A DNA stretch of 40,569 nucleotides from Candidatus Komeilibacteria bacterium RIFCSPHIGHO2_01_FULL_52_14 (GCA_001818365.1 MHKK01000022.1:5636-46204), one strand, 5' to 3'; numbered from the stretch's first letter, positions 27,033 through 36,189 are shown. Program-made: numbers and translations. The notes: generated from the sequence alone by a model not told the origin.

Positions 27033-28625
27033 ATGATGAATCGACGCTTTTTTTTCTTCATCATCGGCGCATTTGCAGCCATCCTCTTTTTTGCAGGACG
27101 GCCGGCACTCGCCGATGAGCTTACCCGCGTCCGTTATGCGGGTTCGTTTCTGAGACAGGATTACCAGGGCCGGCTTTTCTACTGGTATGTGGATCCGGTT
27201 ACGCAAAAGCGATTCGCGCTGAGCGATACGAACGCGTTCGCCCGCCTGTTGCGTATTCACTCGGTCGGCATAACCACGCGGAATTTGAACAAGATCCCCG
27301 ATGCGACCGGGTCAACAGCGAAATCGGATGCTGCGCTTATTCAGCGGATGCGCGGATATCTTCTGCTGCAGGTTGACGGTCACGGTAAGACATGGTACGT
27401 CAATCCGCTCAATGACCGACGGTACGCGCTGGAACCGACCGACGCCGGTTTTGACGTCATGAAAACCCTTGCGCTCGATATGCGCGATGATCGTCTCGGT
27501 GACATCCCCGTGACGCTGGAGAACGGATTCAATCTGATGAGTTTCGGCCAGACCTCTGCGGAAGACGCCGATCTGGTTAATGATCAGACCTATGACACCA
27601 TGCTGAACCTCCTGTCGCAATTTCATTTGCACAACGATACATTCTCCCGTCAGGATCTGTTCTACGCATCGTTAACTGGCATGGCTGCGGGTACTCATGA
27701 TCCGTACACGGAGTTCTATACCCCGAAACAGAACCAAAGGCAGAAAGCCGTATTTCAGGGTGATTCGAGTACCATCGAAGGCATTGGCGCGTACATCCAA
27801 TCAAAGGACAAGAGCATTTACGTCGTTTCCGTTATCAGCGGAAGTCCAGCTGAGCAGGCCGGGCTGTTGCCGAAAGATCAGATACTTGCCATCGACGGCC
27901 AGTCGACCGACGGCGTCTCGGTGGACTTCGCGGTTTCTCTGATCAGAGGAGCCGCCAATACGACGGTGCGCCTGTCGATATACCGGCCTTCAAGCGGCGT
28001 TACCCAGGAGTATGTCGTAACGCGGAGGCGCATCGACATCCCGACGGTGGACGCAAGTGTGCTCGATAACTCGATCGCATATCTTAAATTTTCGCTCTTC
28101 AGTGCCGATCTACCAGGTAAATTCAGTGACGCACTGGCGAAGGTTGTGAGTTCCAATACGCAAGGTGTCATCGTCGATCTGCGGAACAATCCGGGCGGCT
28201 TGACGCAATCGGCGGCCCTGGTGGCCGATCTGTGGCTGACGAGCGATCAGGTCATTTATACGGCGCGCGAACGGGGAACGAACACCAGGTACGTCGCATC
28301 CGACGGAAGACAGGTCCCTTTGGTACCGACCGTACTTTTGGTGAACGAAGAAACGGCGTCGGCCGGAGAAATTTTAGCATCGGCACTGCACGAGTATCAC
28401 GCCGCGACGATCATCGGAGCGAGGACCTACGGCAAGGGCACCGGCCAGACGCTTGAAACGTTCGAAGACGGCTCCGGCCTTAAGTTTACGACGTTCGAAT
28501 GGCTGCCGCCGGACGGACAGAGCATTGACGGAAAAGGAATAACGCCGGATATCGCGGTCCAGGACACCGGATCCGGCGACTCGCAGCTTGATCGTGCAAA
28601 GCAGTTTATCCGTTTTGGTTTCTGA
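27033..28625 (+). CDS. S41A carboxyl-terminal processing protease with N-terminal tandem repeat domain
   Basis: DPYTEF, GIGA, PDZ (SPAEQAGL), IVDLRNNPGG, TASAGE, YGKG, GITPD; signal peptide. Confidence 0.92.
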   Translation: MMNRRFFFFIIGAFAAILFFAGRPALADELTRVRYAGSFLRQDYQGRLFYWYVDPVTQKRFALSDTNAFARLLRIHSVGITTRNLNKIPDATGSTAKSDAALIQRMRGYLLLQVDGHGKTWYVNPLNDRRYALEPTDAGFDVMKTLALDMRDDRLGDIPVTLENGFNLMSFGQTSAEDADLVNDQTYDTMLNLLSQFHLHNDTFSRQDLFYASLTGMAAGTHDPYTEFYTPKQNQRQKAVFQGDSSTIEGIGAYIQSKDKSIYVVSVISGSPAEQAGLLPKDQILAIDGQSTDGVSVDFAVSLIRGAANTTVRLSIYRPSSGVTQEYVVTRRRIDIPTVDASVLDNSIAYLKFSLFSADLPGKFSDALAKVVSSNTQGVIVDLRNNPGGLTQSAALVADLWLTSDQVIYTARERGTNTRYVASDGRQVPLVPTVLLVNEETASAGEILASALHEYHAATIIGARTYGKGTGQTLETFEDGSGLKFTTFEWLPPDGQSIDGKGITPDIAVQDTGSGDSQLDRAKQFIRFGF

Positions 28626-28627
28626 CC

Positions 28628-29941
28628 ATGAAAGTAGCGGTTATCGGTACCGGATACGTCGGTTTAACGGTCGGAGCATGTTTTGCCGAAACCGGGCACG
28701 AGGTCATCTGCGTCGATATTGACGATCGGAAGATCAAGGGTCTGAAAAGAGGAAAGTTGCCGATCTATGAGCCGGGGCTTGGCGACCTTGTCGAGCGTAA
28801 TACACGGGAAAAGCGCCTTTCATTCGGCACGGATACCGGGGACGCGATCGAATGGGCCGATGTCGTATTTTCCGCCGTCGGTACCCCACCCGACAAGGAT
28901 CATCGCGCGGATGTTACGGCGATCAAGGACGTTGCCCGGCAGTTCGGGGCGCACTTGAACGGCTATAAAATATTTGTGAATAAATCGACGGTACCGGTCG
29001 GCACCGGAGCCGTCTGTCGGGAGTTGATTGCGACTGAAGTGCGCAAGCGTAACGCTCAGCATGAATTTGACGTGATCTCAAATCCGGAATTCCTGCGCGA
29101 GGGTGTTGCGGTGGCGGACAGTTTGAAGCCGGATCGTATCGTCATCGGTGCCACGTCGGATCGGGCCGTGCAGGTCATGAAAAAATTATATCTTCCGATC
29201 ATTGAGAAAGGATCGTTGTTCTTTGTGACCGATAGTGCAAGCGCCGAGATCATCAAGTACGCGTCAAATGCGCTTCTTGCAACAAAAATATCCTTCATGA
29301 ACGAGATCGCCCAGCTCTGCGAACGCGTCGGAGCTGACATCACCGCGGTCGAAAGGGGAGTGGGACTCGATAATCGCATCGGGCGCAGGTTTTTGCATGC
29401 GGGCATCGGTTTTGGCGGCAGCTGCTTTCCGAAGGACGTCGATGCATTGGCGCAGACGGGAAGGGATAACGGGTACGAGTTTCGCATTGTGCGGGCCGTG
29501 CAGGAGGTGAATGAGCGTCAGAAAGTGCATCTCTACGAAAAACTGGTGCAACATATCCCCGCCATTGACGGCAGCGTCGTTGCTGTTTGGGGCCTTGCAT
29601 TCAAGCCGAAGACCGACGACATGCGGGAAGCGCCTTCGATCGGCATCATACAAAAATTGCTCAAAGCAGGGGCGCGGGTGCAGGTTTTTGATCCGGCCGC
29701 CATGGACGTTGCAAAAAAACACTATTTCCCCAAAATTCGATACGCAAAAAATCCCATGGAAGCTGTTGTGGGTGCCGACGCGCTGCTGCTTTTGACGGAT
29801 TGGGACGAGTTCCGGGGCGTCGATTTCGTCGAAGTGAAGAAGCGCATGCGGGGAACCCTCATCGGCGACGGTCGCAATATCTGGCAACCTGAAGAGGTAC
29901 GTGCAGCCGGATTGGTATATTTTTCGATTGGGAGGCCCTAG
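28628..29941 (+). CDS. ugd: UDP-glucose 6-dehydrogenase
   Basis: GTGYVG, VGTP, KSTVPVGT, NPEFLREG, GFGGSCFPKD, GLAFKPKTDDMREAP. Confidence 0.95.
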   Translation: MKVAVIGTGYVGLTVGACFAETGHEVICVDIDDRKIKGLKRGKLPIYEPGLGDLVERNTREKRLSFGTDTGDAIEWADVVFSAVGTPPDKDHRADVTAIKDVARQFGAHLNGYKIFVNKSTVPVGTGAVCRELIATEVRKRNAQHEFDVISNPEFLREGVAVADSLKPDRIVIGATSDRAVQVMKKLYLPIIEKGSLFFVTDSASAEIIKYASNALLATKISFMNEIAQLCERVGADITAVERGVGLDNRIGRRFLHAGIGFGGSCFPKDVDALAQTGRDNGYEFRIVRAVQEVNERQKVHLYEKLVQHIPAIDGSVVAVWGLAFKPKTDDMREAPSIGIIQKLLKAGARVQVFDPAAMDVAKKHYFPKIRYAKNPMEAVVGADALLLLTDWDEFRGVDFVEVKKRMRGTLIGDGRNIWQPEEVRAAGLVYFSIGRP

Positions 29942-30014
29942 CACGGTTCGTCTGTAGCGACGAGCAAATTCATGTTATACTTAGCGGGTATTTTTATAAT
30001 GGTAACAAATTCTT

Positions 30015-32909
30015 ATGGATCAACAACCCATGCCAGTGCCCGGTCGTGAGCCGGTACCGATTATGCCGACGCCGGCGCAACAGCCGGTGCAGTCGTCAAA
30101 GATTACGGCCATGCCCGAACAAACATGGACGGGGGAGCAGGGGAGAGGGGGCATAGGCAAGAAACTTCTTATCATCGGTGCGGTGATTATCCTCGCAGGA
30201 GCCGGGTATGCGGCTGCAGCGTATTTTACGAAACTCTGGCCGTTTCAAACTTCCGGATTCATCGACAAACAGCTTGTATTTGCAGGGCTCTTTGGAAAAA
30301 TACAGGAGATCAATTCCGCAACGTACGCTTCGACGCTCAGCGTGAAGGCCGATGCACGGGAAGCGGGAGCAACACCTTTGACGCTATCCAGCTTTCCGGA
30401 ATTTCAGGCCGAGGAGCAGATGTACGAGCGTGATGCAAACAGATTTCGCGATGTCAACCGCATCCAGGGGGAATTACGTACCTACCGCGACCGCTATAGT
30501 TCGTATCCGGCCCGGTTGGCGGATATCGCCGCACTCGGCATGCTGAGCGTCGCCGAGTATACGTATGTGCCTGATACGCCACGGCAGCAGTATGCGCTCA
30601 CGGTAACGTTTGAAACCGACGAGGCGCTCAAAGCAGCGCAACTTACCGGAAATAAGAACGCAACAAGCACGACGGGAAAAACGGTCACGTTTACCGCCGG
30701 CAGCGGCACTTATTTTTATTTTTCGGCAAAACCGCCGCGCCCGAACTGGGTGAGTTTTTTCGAACAGGGAGAAGCGACCAATTACTTCGACTTTCTTCCT
30801 GCCGATTTTGCCGTTCAGGTGAACGTCGGGGGAACGTCCCAGCGCAATGCCGATGCCAAAGCCGATGCGAGCTTCACCCTGGGAGGGGGTGTTGCTTTCG
30901 GAGATTTTACTGCCGCTGCCAACGTTGAGGTCCGCAAGAAAGGAGATGTGTGGTATGGGATCATTACCAAATTCCCGTCCCTCTTTTTTATGGATCTGGC
31001 CAGTATCAAGAATACATGGGTGCAGATAACGCGTGAGGATCTGCTGTCGTATGGGCAACTGCCGGAGATCGCTTCGTTCGTGGGCGACAAACAGGAGAAG
31101 AACAGGAACGCGCTTGAGCAGATCCAGACCATATTCAAGAGCATGGGTGATGAGAAGGTTTTGGTTCCTGATTTTTCATTACCCGACGAAGTGGTCGCCG
31201 AAGTTCCGATGTATGCATATGCGGTGTCCTACGATGAGAATAGGGTCGTGGGGTGGTATGAGAAACTCTCGGGAGAGCTGAAGAATAAGTACGGAGACGA
31301 TGCGCTCATCAAGCTCGACGAGACATCGTTGAAATACATGAAGACCGCGTCGTTCCAGCAGTTCCTGTCGTACATTAAGAATAATACGGTTTTTAAGATC
31401 CTCGTCGATAAAAAAACGGGATATCCGTCGCAATTCTCGTACCGGTTCCGTCTTGTACCGGCCGCAAACGTCGCCAAATTCAAGGATAAGCAAGTTACCG
31501 TGGAGGTAGTGACAAACCTCACGGATGTGAATCAGCCGGTCGTTGTCGAAGCGCCGAAGGATTTTATGACGTTCGAGGAGGCGCAGGTTGCACTGACCGG
31601 CGTAACACCGGAGCTCTATCGCTTCAATACGCAAGTCAGCCGCATCGCCGCGATCCGGCAGGCGCTTTCTTACTATTACAATTATACGGGTATCTATCCT
31701 GCGACGCTTGATGATCTGACGAAAAAGAGGGGCGAGGTAACCAAGAAAACAACATTCATGCGGTCTCTTTGGAACGGATACATCGCATTCGGTGATTCCG
31801 TTCAGAAACTCTTCGGACTGAGGAAAGCCCAAGCACAGGTATCCCTTGATTTCCCGAACAGCTTCGATAATTATTGGGATTTGCACCCGGAGATCCCGTT
31901 CATTGTCTCGGTACCAAAGGATATCTATTCCGGAAACCCATATGAGTATGCGCAGTCCGGCACGGGCGATTATACGCTTCGCTACACGATGCATCTTCCA
32001 AAACGCATCACGAATGATGACCCTGAATCCGCGCGAGCGAGGAGTGGGCCTGACATGGACAACGTATTGCTTTATGTTGAGGGTCAAAATACGGCGAATG
32101 CAAAAACACTTTCGGTTGAAGGTTCCGCGTCGCTCAAAGTTGATACGGATAGTGACGGTTTGCCCGATACGGCAGAGGCGTACTATGGTTCGGATGCGCG
32201 TGCCGCGGATACCGATCATGACGGTTATTCCGATCTCGAGGAGGCAAAGAACGGGTATGACCCGGCAGGACCCGGACAGCTGCCCTATAACGACAGGTGG
32301 TCTTCGCAGCTTCAGCCGCCGACGGTTCAGCAGCCGAATGCGAGCACATACACGCCGCCGATTCCCACTGAGAGCAATGCTTTGAAGATTCGCGCAGTAA
32401 CTACGAGCGATCACATCCGGGGCACCCAGTCGGCACAGGTTACGCTTATCCAATACAGCGATTTTCAGTGCCCTTTCTGTACCCGTTTCAAGACGACGCT
32501 CGATCAGGTTTTGAAGGACTATGCAGGCAAAGTCCGGCTTGTATATCGGCATTTTCCTTTACGCTCAATTCATCCGCTGGCGCAAAAGGCAGCCGAGGCA
32601 TCCGAATGCGCGGCAGACCAAGGAAAATTTTGGGATATGCACGACGAGCTTTTTGCCCTTAATGATGGCGGTAGTTTGACTCTCGATGCCATCAAAAAAA
32701 CAGCAGGCGATCTTAAGCTCGATACCACGAAGTTCAATGCCTGCCTTGACGGAGGGACGAAAGCGGCAATCGTCGAAGTGGATTATCAGGACGGACTTGC
32801 AGGGGGCGTAAACGGAACACCGGCGACATTCATTAACGGTCAGTATGTTGCCGGCGCGTTGCCATACGAGCAGATAAAGATGGTTATCGATCAACAACTG
32901 GAGCTATGA
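30015..32909 (+). CDS. Membrane-anchored multidomain protein: two pilin/GspG-like segments, DxDxDG Ca-binding repeats and a C-terminal DsbA domain
   Basis: N-terminal TM; DTDSDGLPD and DTDHDGYSD; YSDFQCPFC active site, YRHFPL, VNGTPATFING. Confidence 0.88.
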   Translation: MDQQPMPVPGREPVPIMPTPAQQPVQSSKITAMPEQTWTGEQGRGGIGKKLLIIGAVIILAGAGYAAAAYFTKLWPFQTSGFIDKQLVFAGLFGKIQEINSATYASTLSVKADAREAGATPLTLSSFPEFQAEEQMYERDANRFRDVNRIQGELRTYRDRYSSYPARLADIAALGMLSVAEYTYVPDTPRQQYALTVTFETDEALKAAQLTGNKNATSTTGKTVTFTAGSGTYFYFSAKPPRPNWVSFFEQGEATNYFDFLPADFAVQVNVGGTSQRNADAKADASFTLGGGVAFGDFTAAANVEVRKKGDVWYGIITKFPSLFFMDLASIKNTWVQITREDLLSYGQLPEIASFVGDKQEKNRNALEQIQTIFKSMGDEKVLVPDFSLPDEVVAEVPMYAYAVSYDENRVVGWYEKLSGELKNKYGDDALIKLDETSLKYMKTASFQQFLSYIKNNTVFKILVDKKTGYPSQFSYRFRLVPAANVAKFKDKQVTVEVVTNLTDVNQPVVVEAPKDFMTFEEAQVALTGVTPELYRFNTQVSRIAAIRQALSYYYNYTGIYPATLDDLTKKRGEVTKKTTFMRSLWNGYIAFGDSVQKLFGLRKAQAQVSLDFPNSFDNYWDLHPEIPFIVSVPKDIYSGNPYEYAQSGTGDYTLRYTMHLPKRITNDDPESARARSGPDMDNVLLYVEGQNTANAKTLSVEGSASLKVDTDSDGLPDTAEAYYGSDARAADTDHDGYSDLEEAKNGYDPAGPGQLPYNDRWSSQLQPPTVQQPNASTYTPPIPTESNALKIRAVTTSDHIRGTQSAQVTLIQYSDFQCPFCTRFKTTLDQVLKDYAGKVRLVYRHFPLRSIHPLAQKAAEASECAADQGKFWDMHDELFALNDGGSLTLDAIKKTAGDLKLDTTKFNACLDGGTKAAIVEVDYQDGLAGGVNGTPATFINGQYVAGALPYEQIKMVIDQQLEL

Positions 32910-33025
32910 TGATGCGGCGGCGTAAGCTGCCCGAAGAAGTAGGGGAGTCCGAGCGTTTGCATTTATCCTGTTTTTTGCTTATCATATAACTGAGTATAAT
33001 ATCCCAAACACTCGGTTTAAGACCT

Positions 33026-34000
33026 ATGAAAAAGCAGGTTAGCGAAAAAGCCCGGGCAGACACCCCTCTCCCCAAAAAGGAGACATTTCTGCGTTTTCTG
33101 CAGAGCAACAACTATTCCGACGAAACGCTGCAGAATTACGAGCGCGACCTCACATCGTTCGAAAACTTTCTGCTGTATCAAAAAACGAGGTTCGAAGGCA
33201 TCATGAAGTCCACTATCGAGGATTACAAGGCCTACCTCTTCTCTATCAACCGCAAGACCGCGAAAGGGGCCAGAGCCATGCAGCGCCTTTCCAGCTTTTC
33301 GGTGAACCGGATGCTTTCTTCGCTGCGTAATTATCTGAAATTCATGATAGACATGGATGAGTTCGTTCCAATCCCGCCGGAGGCCATTAAACTCGTCAGA
33401 ACCGAAAAAAAGCATCCTCGCGTTGCCGAATTCGTGGATCTGGTCAGATTGATAGAATCGCCCGAAAAGCTCGAAAAAAATAAATTCACCGGATGGCGGA
33501 ACCGCGCGATGCTCGAGATGTTGTTTGCAACGGGCATGCGTATCTCGGAGCTCGTCAATTTGCGAAAGGATCAGATCGATTATTCGCACGGCAAGATATT
33601 TATCAGAGGCAAGGGTAAAAAAGAACGGTTCGTGTATCTGACCGAACGGGCTTTACAGCAGCTCGACCGGTATATGAAGGAACGCGGTGAGGACCGACTC
33701 CCCCACTTGTTTATTCCGGCGCGGGGCAGAAATACCGGTAGCATGTTTAAAGGTATTTCGCCGAACTATTTGCAGTCAAAGATAAAAGAATATCGCGAGC
33801 TTTTGAATATCAACGTGCCGACAAGCGCGCATTCGTTGCGGCACGGTTTTGCGACCTATCTTGCCGAATCAGGGGCAAACCCGGCCGCCATTCAGGTTCT
33901 CCTTGGCCATGAGTCGCTCGATACGACGACTCGGTATGTGCATGCGTCCGACCGGTATGCGGCTAAAGAACATCGCAAGTTTCATCCGCTGAAGAAGTGA
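33026..34000 (+). CDS. Tyrosine recombinase, XerC/XerD family
   Basis: N-terminal SAM-like domain; TGMRISEL, GKGKKER, HSLRHGFAT, LLGH, TTTRY catalytic set. Confidence 0.93.
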   Translation: MKKQVSEKARADTPLPKKETFLRFLQSNNYSDETLQNYERDLTSFENFLLYQKTRFEGIMKSTIEDYKAYLFSINRKTAKGARAMQRLSSFSVNRMLSSLRNYLKFMIDMDEFVPIPPEAIKLVRTEKKHPRVAEFVDLVRLIESPEKLEKNKFTGWRNRAMLEMLFATGMRISELVNLRKDQIDYSHGKIFIRGKGKKERFVYLTERALQQLDRYMKERGEDRLPHLFIPARGRNTGSMFKGISPNYLQSKIKEYRELLNINVPTSAHSLRHGFATYLAESGANPAAIQVLLGHESLDTTTRYVHASDRYAAKEHRKFHPLKK

Positions 34001-34041
34001 GCGGCCTCTGTTTTACCGGGTGAGCGCTCATCAGTGTATTG

Positions 34042-34590
34042 TTAGTCGGCAATACCTGGAGGGCAATCAGCCGGAAGCCCCGGTTCGTCCGGTGGTAAAT
34101 TGTACGGGTTACTCGGGCACGGAAGCGGCTCAGGATAAAACATATGGCAGTGCTGTGTCCCAACTGCACGCGCGAAAGGTTCAGGCGGACATACTATTGG
34201 TGCACCCTCGCTGTAAATACCGAAATACGCAATCTGCCCGCATGCTCCTCCGGTCGTTTTTTTGAATGTTCTGAATTCGTAGGTGGTCGCCCAGCTCGCG
34301 TTTATAGGATCCTTAGGATTCGTTTTTAAGTATCCTCTGTCCACTAGAAACTGCATAAAGGTACCCGGTGTCTGGAACGAAGCCTGCAGCGACGTGCACG
34401 GAAAGCTTCCATCAGTAGTATGAATATCAATAAGAGCAGATAGAATGTTGCGTGCTGCGGCGGTGCGTTGTATGTCCCGAGCTTTCACCCGCGCGGCTCT
34501 AAGATTGACCAGTATAATTGTTGAGAGAAAACCAATAATAGCAATAATGACAAGCAACTCAACTAACGTAAAACCACCTGCTCGTTTCAT
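34042..34590 (-). CDS. Type IV pilin (prepilin N-terminal cleavage/methylation motif)
   Basis: MKRAGG|FTLVELLVIIAIIG, ARVKARD, PKDP; six Cys. Confidence 0.92.
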   Translation of the reverse strand: MKRAGGFTLVELLVIIAIIGFLSTIILVNLRAARVKARDIQRTAAARNILSALIDIHTTDGSFPCTSLQASFQTPGTFMQFLVDRGYLKTNPKDPINASWATTYEFRTFKKTTGGACGQIAYFGIYSEGAPIVCPPEPFARAVGTQHCHMFYPEPLPCPSNPYNLPPDEPGLPADCPPGIAD

Positions 34591-34663
34591 TAATTCAGTA
34601 TACTACTAAATTAACTATTGAGCTGTCTCCCCTCGGTCACCGCTGGCCTGGTCCTTAGTGATT

Positions 34664-34694
34664 AAAAAAGAAAAGAGACCCGTTTCCGGGTCTC
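34664..34694 (-). terminator. Intrinsic terminator
   Basis: GAGACCCG-GAAA-CGGGTCTC followed by TTTTCTTTTTT. Confidence 0.85.
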
Positions 34695-34717
34695 CTGTAT
34701 CTCTCCTTTGCCGATCA

Positions 34718-35080
34718 CTACTCCTCTATCGGCCAGGCGTTGGCCTTGCGCATGATGCGTTCGATCTGGGACGTCGTGTGCACCGACTCCGGCACCGATT
34801 CATCACTCCGACTGTACAGAGCGAGAAAGACCCAGGTGCCTCCATCGTTCGTGCCCCGCACGCAACACTGTGCTCGTTCGACGAGCGTCGTGCTGTACGG
34901 CATCCGATATTCCTGGACCGGCAGCTCACTCTCCGGGTTCAGCAGCAGATGCAAGTCGTTCCGCCTACTCGGTGTCGCGTCGCGGATGTGCTGGAGCGCC
35001 CAACTGTTGAGGCCCACGATTGTGATCTGCGGGCCTGGCCTCGAGCCGAGATGCATGGGAGCATCCGTCATTGTCTGCAT
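34718..35080 (-). CDS. Hypothetical protein (SD-led ORFan)
   Basis: Has its own promoter, an AAGGAGAGAGAG SD-like stretch and a terminator; no family recognised. Confidence 0.65.
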   Translation of the reverse strand: MQTMTDAPMHLGSRPGPQITIVGLNSWALQHIRDATPSRRNDLHLLLNPESELPVQEYRMPYSTTLVERAQCCVRGTNDGGTWVFLALYSRSDESVPESVHTTSQIERIMRKANAWPIEE

Positions 35081-35152
35081 GGGTAGCTCTCTCTCCTTGA
35101 AAGGGGAATAGCGTTCAATGCATGTAGAGGGCCTGTAATGAACAATCGGAGC

Positions 35153-35181
35153 AGTTTAGACCCTGCATGGCAAAGTGTCAA
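35153..35181 (-). promoter_or_regulatory. Sigma70 promoter
   Basis: TTGACA, 17 nt, TAAACT. Confidence 0.7.
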
Positions 35182-35195
35182 TATGGTGTCGAGGA

Positions 35196-35223
35196 AACAA
35201 AAAACTCTCCCTTGCCGGAGAGT
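35196..35223 (-). terminator. Intrinsic terminator
   Basis: ACTCTCC-GGCAAG-GGAGAGT followed by TTTTGTTT. Confidence 0.7.
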
Positions 35224-35237
35224 GATTGCAGTCTCAT

Positions 35238-35355
35238 GCCCTTCGACTTCGCTCAAGGCACTCGATTCGCTGATCACGGTCGAAGGTCGAGGTGTAACAC
35301 CGAGACCGTAGACCACGAGTGAGCCCTAGGCGAGAGCCGAGGGCGAATCGAGTGG
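35238..35355. repeat. Composite REP-like element
   Basis: GCCCTTCGACTTCGCTCAAGGC, then CACTCGATTCGC (35259-35270) / GCGAATCGAGTG (35343-35354) enclosing further hairpins. Confidence 0.7.
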
Positions 35356-35502
35356 TGGGAACAGGCGAGCTGTCAGCTCGAATGCTCGCCTGTTCCCTGT
35401 ATGAAGTCGGACGTTTCTCCAAAGGTCCCTCCGTGGTTTCTCTGGTTTGTGCTGCTCGTGCAGTCGCCCCGGCTGAATTGCCAGGGCCGCATCCGACCTC
35501 AC
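35353..35502 (-). ncRNA. Candidate structured ncRNA: multibranch domain plus a 14-bp hairpin ending ACCA
   Basis: 13-bp closing helix GTGAGGTCGGATG/CGTCCGACTTCAT with G-U pairs; internal hairpins; promoter directly upstream. Confidence 0.5.
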
Positions 35503-35506
35503 TTTG

Positions 35507-35534
35507 AACTTAGCACCGGCGAAATAGTTGTCAA
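35507..35534 (-). promoter_or_regulatory. Sigma70 promoter with extended -10
   Basis: TTGACA, 16-nt spacer ending TGC, TAAGTT. Confidence 0.65.
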
Positions 35535-35541
35535 GCAGTAT

Positions 35542-35672
35542 GTCATCGCGAGGTCCAATTCCGCTAGCAGGCGGATATTGGACCGTGGCGATCCCGCCGA
35601 GTAGTCGACTAACCAGCGAGATTGCCGCGTCGTCGCCCTGACTGAAGCGTCGTGGCTTCTCCTCGCAATGAC
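35542..35672. repeat. GTCAT(C/T)GCGAG...CTCGCAATGAC palindromic element with nested inserts
   Basis: Same ends and internal G(C)AATC/GAGATTGC-type arms as the 38721-38826 element; different inner hairpins. Confidence 0.8.
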
Positions 35673-35679
35673 GGTATAG

Positions 35680-35711
35680 AAAAAACCAGCGGTAGAGCGA
35701 GTCCGCTGGTT
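35680..35711 (-). terminator. Intrinsic terminator
   Basis: AACCAGCGG..CCGCTGGTT followed by TTTT. Confidence 0.8.
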
Positions 35712-35742
35712 GTCGAGCGCTGCCCTCCTGCTGCGGTTGCAG

Positions 35743-35958
35743 CTAGTCGGTGACGGTTCTGATGGTCCGCTTGCCCTTATCGGTGTCGATGGACACCGTT
35801 CCCTCCTCCGCATGGGCGACCTTGATGTGGTTCGCCACGATCTGTCCGATGGTGTCGCCGTCAAGGATCGGCATCTCTTTGACAGAGGCATCCTGGATCT
35901 CGGAGTCGAGAGCCCTTTCCCGTCCCCGTTGACGCTCGTCGGTGAACCGTTTCTTCAC
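35743..35958 (-). CDS. Small hypothetical protein (SD-led ORFan)
   Basis: AAAGGAGG 4 nt before GTG; own promoter and terminator. Confidence 0.7.
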   Translation of the reverse strand: MKKRFTDERQRGRERALDSEIQDASVKEMPILDGDTIGQIVANHIKVAHAEEGTVSIDTDKGKRTIRTVTD

Positions 35959-36006
35959 TGCCCCTCCTTTCGTGGTGGGCGTGCGGTTTGGTGTACGTTG
36001 ATTAAT

Positions 36007-36035
36007 AATCTAACAGTTATTTTTGAAATAGGCAA
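36007..36035 (-). promoter_or_regulatory. Sigma70 promoter with extended -10
   Basis: TTGCCT, 17-nt spacer ending TGT, TAGATT. Confidence 0.6.
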
Positions 36036-36061
36036 TGTGTATTGAAAGCCCACCCGGCACT

Positions 36062-36113
36062 ATTTGACCTCTCGACTTCGTCCCGCTCAGCGGGACTTCG
36101 CTCAAGGTCAAAT
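36062..36113. repeat. REP-like hairpin with nested hairpin
   Basis: ATTTGACCT..AGGTCAAAT outer stem; GTCCCGC-TCA-GCGGGAC lies between two ACTTCG copies. Confidence 0.7.
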
Positions 36114-36189
36114 CCCGCTTCAAGGTGTTTGACCCCCTTCGCTTAGCCATTTGGCGGCAGCTTCGGGGATCTGCGGTCGCTGCGCGATC

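Noticed and set aside
31179-32552. Long antisense ORF (also 11857-12804, 17971-18885, 6037-6861)
   Set aside because: Antisense shadows of well-supported genes with no recognisable motifs.
33026-34000. Integron integrase with a cassette array
   Set aside because: No IntI-specific insertion before the HxLRH box; downstream palindromes lack attC RYYYAAC/GTTRRRY ends; the ORFans have their own promoters.
35353-35520. Canonical tRNA, tmRNA or SRP RNA
   Set aside because: No D or anticodon arms between the acceptor strands, no G3-U70 pair or tag frame, no SRP helix-8 motif; kept only as an unknown ncRNA candidate.
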